DNA of 64,000 nt from Cyanophora paradoxa CCMP329. Taxonomy: Eukaryota > Plantae > Glaucophyta. Location: contig QPMI01000275.1 of the NCBI GenBank assembly GCA_004431415.1, positions 1 through 64,000 on the forward strand. Direction: 5' to 3'. Each line of letters begins with the position of its first letter. The first letter of the stretch is position 1. Shown here piece after piece: positions 56,051 to 64,000 of the stretch. The translations under genes and the position numbers were made by a program. The notes beneath the pieces were generated by a model. It did not search any database. It was not told the origin of the DNA and saw nothing but the letters and a program-made list of their open reading frames with translations.

Positions 56051-58304
56051 CTATGCCGGCCCCGGGGGCAGCAGCCGGGAGCGGCCCCGGGGACCCGGGC
56101 CCAGGCCCAGGGCGCCCTCGGCGGCGAGGTGGGCGCTCTCGAAGGCGGCGCCGTCCATTCCCCCGTTCGAGAACTGCGCCTCGACCTGTACCCCCGCCCG
56201 CAAGCGCCCCCCGAGCAGCTGGCGGAGAGGTAGCCGTGAAGGGGGGCGGGCAAGCGAGGAGGGGGGGTACCGGGCACCTGGAAGGGGCGGGCGGAGGCGG
56301 GGGCGGGGGCGTCGAGGCGGGAGGCGAGGCGGAGGCGCCGCAGGGCCGGCAGCGCCGCGATGGCGGACGCCTCTGCCTCGGAGAGGGGCCGCCGGGGGGC
56401 CTCCAGCTCCAGGGCGGAGAGGGCCCGGCGCACGCCGGCGGCGCCGAGGAACGCCGCGATCTCCTCCCCGCTCGTCTCGAAGCCTGCGCGAGGGCAGGCG
56501 TCGACTCGACTTCGGAGGGCGGCGGCGGGGCCCTCGTCCAGCGCACAGGTCCAGGCCAGCGCGAGTGAGGCGAGGTTGGGCAGGCCCTCGATCGCCTCGG
56601 CGACGGCGCGCAGGGCGGGGGCGGGCCAGCTGGGGGCCGGCGCCAGCTCGAGCCGCGCCACGGCCCGCCGCGCGGCGGCGCCGCAGAGGAAGGCGGCGAC
56701 GTCGGCGGCCGGCGTTCCGGCGCGGGCGTCCAGGCGCAGCTGGAGCCTGACCAGCCGCGGCAGGCCGGACAGCGCCCCCGCCGCGGCGCGCAGGGCCTCC
56801 GCGGTGCGGGCGGCGTTGGCGCCGCCGACCAGCTCCAGGAAGACCTCGCAGAGGCCCCGCAAGGACGAAAGGGCCCCCGCGGCCTGCGCCGCGTCGTGGC
56901 GGTACGCGTTGATCTGCGGGCGCGTCGCGATCGCGCGTCGGCGCGAGCGAGCAGAGCGGAGCGGAGCGGAGCCCAGCCCATGCTAGCTAGCCCAAGACAC
57001 GTGCCGGCCTCAGCGCGGGGGCGGGGCGCGCGGGGCGAGCGCACCCGCAGCGGCGAAAAAGACTCGAGGCTGGGCATGCGGGCCAGGGCGGCGAGGCCCG
57101 GCGCGGCAAGGGCCGCGGCAAGGGCCGGGCGCGCGTCCGGCGACGGGTGCGGGAAGGACGACTCGGCCCCTCCGCCGCTGCGCAAGAAGTGAGGCAGAAG
57201 GAAGAAGAAGGAGGAGGGGGGACGCCCGCCGCGCACTCGAAGACGGACGAGTCGAAGAAGGCGAGGCTCCTGAGGCTCCGCCCGGCGGGCCCGTCCGCCA
57301 GCGCCGCGAGGCCGTCCTCGACGGGGCCGTCCGCCGGCTCGTGGAGGGCGGCGAGGCGCTCGAGCCGGGAGAGGGGCGACAGGGCCGCCAGCGCCGCCGA
57401 GGTCGACGCCCGGGCGCAGAGGGACCGGAGGAGCGGGCAGGCGGCGGCGAGGGCCGCCGCGCACTCGGCGGGGAGCGCGGCCGAGTTGCGGAACGAGAGG
57501 GTCAGGGAGCGGAGCTGGGCGAAGGGCGCGAGGGCGGCCCGCAGCTCGGCGGCCGGCGGCCACAGGAGCGGCGGCGGCCGCTGGCTGGGCGGCTCCGCGT
57601 GTACGCCGACGCTGAGGCTCTGCAGGGCGCTGGGGGCGCCCCCCGGCGGCGGCGCCAGCGCCCGCAGCGCTCCGAGCAGGCACAGGCGGAGGAACTCGCT
57701 GTCGCGCCCGAAGCCTTCGACTTCGTCGCCGGCGTCAGCGGACCCGAGAAACTCGACGACCACGTGACCCGGCTGCGCCGGGCCGCCGTGGCTGCGGGCG
57801 ACGGCCGCTAGCAGGCTGCACGTCGCCGCCGCCGTGCGCCGGTGGCCGTCCCGCGCCGCGCGGGAGCAGAACTCGGACAGCCACGGGCGGACTGCGACGC
57901 TGGCGCCCCCGCGGAGCCGCAGCCGCCTCCTCTCGAACAGGGCCGAAGCCGCCTCGAGGACACGATCGCAGGCTGCGCTGCACGCTTCGCTGAAGCGCAG
58001 CTCGAAGCTCGCCCACTCCGTCTCCTCCACCACGCGCCTCCATCGTCTGCGATGATCGCGTGCTAAGCTAGAGGCTGCGGCGAGGGGTTAAAGCGCACCT
58101 GCAGACGCCGCGCAGGGGCCAGCTCTCTCGCGGCCCGAGCGCCCTGAAGACGTCGCCCAGCAACGCGTCCGGCAGTGCGTCTAGCGCTCCTGCCGCTTGC
58201 AAAGGCGAGGCTGATGCGGATGCAGCCGCGCCATGCTGCGCCGCCTCGGCTGCTGGCTCCGGTTCTTCGACGCGGGCCCGCTTCTTGGCACGTCCTCCCG
58301 ACAT
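56051..58304 (-). CDS. F-box/LRR protein, paralogue 3
   Basis: LDALPDALLGDVFRALGPRESWPLRGVCR|RWRRVVEETEW; LQSLSVG, AACPLLRSLC, LPRLVRLQL, LPNLASLAL, LPALRRLRL. Confidence 0.85.
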
Positions 58305-58714
58305 CAGTCGCTGTTCATGAAAGATCTGCGGCTCTAGCTCGCGGTCAGCTAGCGTCGACGTCAGCGCGGGTCGGCGCGCTGGCGCCGCGCGCGCTGCAGT
58401 GCGCATGCGGGCGCGGGCGCACTTGTGGGGCGGGATCGCGCCGCCTGCGTCGTCAGAAGGCATCGATCGGCTGCGCCAGCTTTAGCGCGTAGCTTTCCGC
58501 TGCTTCGCCAGGGAGGGGTACGTATACGTTTGCTGACCTGCATCGATATCGCGCCTCGACCGACAGCCCAGGAACAGACCGGCGATCGCAAGCAAGCGAA
58601 CAGACGCGGGCGAGGTGCGAGAGGCCGCTCGACTCGCACGGCCCGCGCGGCTCATTGCGCGATTTCAACGCCCGCTGACCGCCGGGGCTGCAGACCTGCC
58701 GGGAGCAGCGAGCG

Positions 58715-61106
58715 ATGTCGGGCTCCTCGACGAGACGGCGTGCGGGGAAACGGGCCCGCGTCGAAGAGCCAGCTGCGCCCGCGTCGTCGTCCCCGCCAGC
58801 TGCGGCAGCTCCGACGATCGATACGTTGCCGGACGCGGTGATGAGCGACGTCTTCAAGGTCCTCGGACCGCGGGCGAGCTGGCCCCTGCGCGGCGTGTGC
58901 AGGTGCGCGCAGCGCGCCAGCTCGCCGCCGCTGTGCGTCTTAGCTAAACACGCGACGGATGGCAGGAGGTGGCGGCGGATACTGGAGGAGACGGAGTGGG
59001 CCAGCATCGATATCGATATCGACCTCAACACCGAAAACGCTTCCTACTTCTGCACCGCTCTGCCGGAAAGGAAGCTGCGGCTCAGCGACGGCGCGAGCGT
59101 CCGCTTCCGCTCGCGCCTCGAGAACGTTTGGTTCGATGGGGTGCACCAGAACAACCAGTTCAGAGTGACTGCGGCGTTGCGTCTCCTCGTCGCCATCGGA
59201 AGCAGCCGCAGCGGCCGGGCGCAGCCTCGGCGCGTGAGCGTCGAATTCGACGGCGAAGGCGAAGCATTCATCGACCACTACCCTTCCGCCAACGCCGACG
59301 TCGTCGCTTCGTTCTCCTCCTACCTGCTCGGCGTCCTGTGGGCGCTGGCGCCGCAGGACGGCGCCGCCAGCGGACTGGAGAGCCTCAGCGTCGGCTTCCA
59401 GTGGCGGCGCTCGCCCTGCGATCCCGAGGGCGATGAAGAGCCGGAGCTTGCAGATGTGCTCGACAAGCTGCCGGCCGGCGAGGCGCCGTGGCCGGCGGGC
59501 CCCGACCTGCAGGCCGGCCTTGCGCCCTTTCGCGGCCTGCTCTCCCTTGCCCTCGTCTTCGACGACGTCCTCATGGGCGTCAGCCGCGAGGCCGCGACGG
59601 TCATCGCCGCCACCTGCCCCCTCCTCCGCTCCGTCTCGGTCAGCCTCCGCCCCTTCCGCGAGTCGTCCAACGGAGTGCTGGCGGCGCTCGCCCGCCTCGC
59701 GCACCTCGAGGAGCTGGTCTTGGAGTGGCCTGACGGCGACGTATGCCCCCGCTCGCACGCGTTCGACGCAGAGGCCGGCCTCACGGCGCTCGCGGACGGC
59801 CCCGCCGGCCAGAGCCTGCGCCGCGTCGCCGCCCGGAGCCTACAAACGATCGCTGCCGCCAGCACAGCGCCCCCGCTGGCGTGCGCAATCCCGTCTGCAA
59901 TACGCCCGGCTCCCGTCTCGAGCCCGCTGACGCCCGCCCGCGCCGGGCGCGCGCAGACCCGTCGCGTTCCCGACTCGATACGAGGACTGCGACTTCGAGC
60001 CGATCGCGCTGAGCGACGGCGTCCTTTGCGCGCTGGGCCGCATGCCTCGCCTCGAGTACGTCGAAGGCCTGAGGGTCCGTCCGCCTGGAAGTCTCCGGCG
60101 CCGCCTCGCCGCCCCCGCCGTCTGAATCTTCGCAGATCCGCGCGGACGAGGCGGGGCGCGCCGCCGCCGTCGCGCTCGGCCGCCTCGCGGGCCTGCGGGA
60201 GGCGCGCCTGGTGTTCAGAGCCGACAGCGAGGGCCAGGCCCAAGCTAGTGCCGCCCTGCGCGCCCTGGCCGAGACCGTCGCTGCGCTCCCGCGCCTGGAG
60301 GTCCTCGGCATGAGTCTCTCGGGTGCGCAGAGCTGCGCTGCGCGCCCGCCCTACAGGCGCGCCCCCTCATCCGCGCGCTCTTCGGCGGCAGCGGGGATCT
60401 CGAGCACGGGATCGGATGCGATCGTCGAGTTCCTCGCCAGCGCCGGCGTGCGGCGCGCCCTCACCGGCGTCCGCGTCGCGTTTCGTATGCACGACCTGGC
60501 GCGCGCGCGCGAGTTCGCGGCGGCCCTCTCCGGCCTGCCCCGCCTCGCGCGGCTGAGCCTCTATCTCTCCGGTGAGACGAAGCTCCTCGCCTCGCGCCGC
60601 TCCCGCCGCGCGCTTAAGCTTACGCCGCGCCTTGCATGAAACGCAGGCCCTCCGGATCCGGACGCGGCGGCTCTGATCGGAAGCGCGCACGTCGCCGCTG
60701 TGCTTGGGAGCCCCGGCGCGCGGCGCGCCCTCACGACGCTGTAACTCTCCATCGGCCGGCCTCTGACGGAGGCCGACGCGGAGGCGATCTTGGCGCTCCC
60801 GGCCCTCGAGCGCCTCGAGCTGTTCCTCGCGCTGTACGGGAGCGCGCCTGCCGAGACTCCCGTCCCTCTCCACCCGTTCGAGGTGCCTTCCTGCCAGCCG
60901 GCCCCGCCCCGCCCCGTTAGCTTGCCTGGTCGCCCGCCCCGCCCCTACCGACCAACCGTACCCCCCGGCAGGTCCTTCGGCACGGCCTGCGCCCCGAGGT
61001 CGAGCTGGTCGCCCGCCTGTTCCTCCCGCTGGGGCCCGGGTGCGAGGCCGCGAAGGAGGCCGTGCGGGGTCTCTTCGCCGGCCGCCCGTCGTCTTGGGTG
61101 ATCTGA
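58715..61106 (+). CDS. F-box/LRR protein, paralogue 4
   Basis: IDTLPDAVMSDVFKVLGPRASWPLRGVCR|RWRRILEETEW; LESLSVG, ATCPLLRSVSV, LAHLEELVL, LPRLEVLGM, LPRLARLSL, LPALERLEL. Confidence 0.85.
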
Positions 61107-61426
61107 TACGATCCGACGGCCCCCCCCCCCCCCTTCTGACGGGCCCCTCCCGCTTTGCTCCCGCCCCTCCCCCCGCTCCTCTGTGCCCGCCCGAGGAGCC
61201 CCGCCTCGTACGCGTGTGATATCCATACACTCGAATGAGAGCGAGTCGGAAGCTCAAGCTTGGGCGAGGGAGCCGGGCCGGGGCCGGGGCCAGAAGCCGG
61301 CCGCGGGATCTGCCGCTGGCCCGACCGCAACTGCAGGCCGGGTTGGAGAGAACGGGACAGGGGCAAGCTTATAATGAAGCTAAAGCTTTAGCGCCCGCCG
61401 GCGACCGCCACCACCCGCCCGCCCAC

Positions 61427-61460
<34 letters not shown>

Positions 61461-62396
61461 AGGCCGCTGCCGATGTCCCGAAGGCAAGAGAGCTTCGGGG
61501 CCCGTCGGCCGCCGGCCCCCGAAGCGCGGGCCGGGGGTACCCGCATCGAGGGCGACGGTCCGATCCAGCCCGCAGAGCGCGCGGCGGCGGCCCGCGCGGG
61601 ACCCACCATCGGATTCGCCGTCCTCGGAAGGGGCGGGAGGAGAAACAACGGGGTCCTGGGGCGAAGGTCGGCGGCGGGGTGCGAGGGGGGTACAGGATTT
61701 TTCTATGATTACCCACGGGGTGCGGCACACCGTTCGAACGGGAATGACGCTGAGATTCCGAATATCGTATTCAAATCCTCGGGCCTCCGAGCCGCCGGGG
61801 TGGACGGGTACAGGGGGAAAACTGGCCGAGCCGAGCGTCAGGTGGCGCGAGGCTGCCAGAGGGCGGCGGGGCGGCCTTGGAAACGCACCTGGAGCATCGG
61901 AAGGAAGAGTACAGCCCCGTTGCAATATGCTTAGCGATGAGTGTCGTGGAGTTGGCTGAAGCGTCCGCGGGGCGGCGCAGAGCGGCGGAATGCGGGTTTG
62001 TTTTCAAGCTGAAGTCGTCAATGCACCGAGACACGTCTCAGGAACTGCGCATGCGCGGGACCGTATGAGAGCCCTGGCCTTGCGGGGGGGCAAGCTAAGC
62101 GCGCCCGCGCCGCCCGCGCCCGCTAAGCGACGGGCCCACCGGCCATAGCGACACGAGCATGTGCGGACCATCACCAGCAGAATAGGCCCGCCGCGAACCG
62201 GGCTCACGCGGCCTTGCGCGGCCTTGCGTGAGGGCAAGCGCACCCGCGCCGTCCGACGAGTCACGACGTAGACGGGCACGTCGACTCTACGTTGCGACAC
62301 GAGCATGCGCTGCACCTCGCGTAGCACGGTGTTGCATGCATATGGGGCCGGTTGGGGCCAGTTGGGTTTTTCCCGGGGTACGATTGCCGGCCAGCA

Positions 62397-62750
62397 TCGC
62401 CTCGACCGGCAGCCCAGGAACAGACCGGCGATCGCCAGCAAGCGAACAGACGCGGGCGAGGTGCGAGAGGCCGCTCGACTCGCACGGCCCGCGCGGCTCA
62501 TTGCGCGACTTCAACGCCCGCTGACCGCCGGGGCTGCAGACCTGCCGGCAGCCGCGAGCGATGTCGGGCTCCTCGACGAGACGGCGTGCGGGGAAACGGG
62601 CCCGCGTCGAAGAGCCAGCTGCGCCCGCGTCGTCGTCCCCGCCAGCTGCGGCAGCTCCGACGATCGATACGTTGCCGGACGCGGTGATGAGCGACATCTT
62701 CAAGGTCCTCGGGCCGCGGGCAAGCTGGCCCCTGCGCGGCGTTTGCAGGT
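62397..62750 (+). repeat. Near-identical direct copy of ~58550-58903 (upstream region plus F-box exon)
   Basis: The 5' flank and first exon ([62 protein letters not shown]) are shared. Similarity drops at the first intron. Confidence 0.9.
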
Positions 62751-64000
62751 CCGCGTCGCCCCGTCCCTAAGAGCCGCGCGCGGCGCTTCTCAGCTAAGCA
62801 TGCGGCGGATCACAGGCGGTGGCGAGGGCTGATCCAGGGCACGGAGTGGACGTGGTTCGAGCTGGGAGCACCGGTCAAGCGCAAACCTGGGACCGCGGCG
62901 AGCTCGAGCCGCGCGTACGGGAAGACCCGAAAGCAAGCCGGGCGCGCTGACGGCGAGCAAGCGTACAGCGCCGTGGCGGCGCTCTTCGACCGGCGAGTCC
63001 GCAAGCTGCGGCTCGCCGCGGGCGCCACCGTAGTGCTCAGGCCCGAGCTCGCCGAGTTCGGAGGCGTGAGGGCGGCGCGGCAGGGCCACCGGCGCACCGT
63101 CGCGGCGGCGTGCAGCCTCCTCGCGGCCATCACCCGCAGCCACAGCGGCCCCGCGCAGCCGGGCCACGTGATCGTCGAGCTCCGCGGCGTCGACGAGCTC
63201 TTCTCCTTCCGAGGGGAGTCCGACGAGTGCTTCCTGGAGGCGTACGTGCTGGGCGTCCTGCGGGCCCTGCGGCCGCCCGACGGCTCCGCCAGCGCCCTGG
63301 AGGGCCTCAGCATCGGCTTCACGTGCGACAGCAGCGACAGCGACATGTCCGACGAGCGCATGGCGTGGCCCGAGGCGGCCGGGCTGCGGGCCGCCCTCAC
63401 GCCCTTCGGCCGGCTGCGGGCCCTCGACCTCTTCGCGCGCAACTCGTTCGGCCTCATGCCGGACGACGCGGCCGCCCTCGCCGCCGCCTGCCCCCTCCTG
63501 AAGACGCTCCTCCTCGTCCCGAGCTTCGACTACGCCCCGCGGGTGCTGGCCGCCCTCGCGCCCCTCGCGCACCTCGAGGAGCTTGCCGTCGCCTGGCCGT
63601 CGGAAGAGGTCGCCCAGTCCTCGGGCGTCGGCGGCGGCCTCGCGGCCCTCGCCGGCGGCCCGGCCGGCAAGAGCCTCGCGCGGCTCGTCTTCTTCGAGGA
63701 GGCCGCCCTGTTCAGGTGAGCCCGAGCTTAGAACTTAGCTTGCACTTGGCTGGCTTCGAGCTTGCTGACGCTGCGGTGGTGCCAGGGGGCCCGGGGGCGA
63801 GTTCCCCCTCCCGTCGAGCTCCTCGGGCCTCCCGGACTTGGCCTACGCGCCCCTCGCGAGCGCCGACCTGCTCGCGCTGGGCCGCATGCCCCGCCTCGAG
63901 CTCTTCCTCCCCCTCTTCGTGCGCGCGAAGGCCCCTCGGAATCCGCATCTCCTGATGCAGTTCGTGCAGTTCGACCCGGACGCGGTGGAGCCCGAGGCGG
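62561..64000 (+). CDS. F-box/LRR protein, paralogue 5 (truncated by the window end)
   Basis: F-box exon followed by RWRGLIQGTEW; LEGLSIG, AACPLLKTLLL, LAHLEELAV, LGRMPRLE. Confidence 0.85.

Noticed and set aside
61373-62068. Possible small gene between F-box paralogues 4 and 5
   Set aside because: There are some splice-like signals, but I could not build a consistent exon chain or find a recognisable motif.
1-64000. Hundreds of long Arg/Pro/Ala/Gly-rich ORFs in the six-frame track (e.g. 12333-14741, 36635-38710, 55866-57683)
   Set aside because: Stop codons are rare at this GC content. These are shadow frames or exon-intron read-throughs of the spliced genes, with no family motifs of their own.

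Overview
Very GC-rich eukaryotic genomic DNA with many short (about 50-120 nt) spliceosomal introns, several with GC donors. The style suggests a unicellular alga or protist, possibly a glaucophyte; this is inference only. Most long Arg/Pro/Ala-rich ORFs in the track are shadow frames, so the gene models here were rebuilt by hand-splicing, and exon edges are approximate. Scattered homopolymer frameshifts look like read errors. Left to right: an RNI-type LRR gene running off the left edge; a hypothetical gene; an intron-containing, prokaryote-like wrbA; a ~6.8 kb receptor gene; a lower-GC block with a (Ser-Pro)n glycoprotein gene head-to-head with a secreted two-domain prolyl-4-hydroxylase-like gene; a nitrate cluster (nitrate reductase head-to-head with NRT2, plus a second inverted NRT2); an inverted paralogue of the receptor; a small Cys/His Zn-motif gene; a DUF4392 gene with a Cys-rich tail; and five mosaic F-box/LRR paralogues. 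Two candidates stand out. (1) The duplicated receptor reads as an integrin-beta-like hybrid/I domain, an L-type lectin, filamin-like repeats, an (SP)n stalk, a TM helix, and a tail with RREY plus two W-x-x-NPSY motifs. (2) A very young, non-coding, hairpin-rich 3.9 kb insertion in a P4H intron is a partial tandem of a 2,824-nt unit, has a 79-bp target-site duplication, and carries an imperfect hammerhead-like motif in each repeat.
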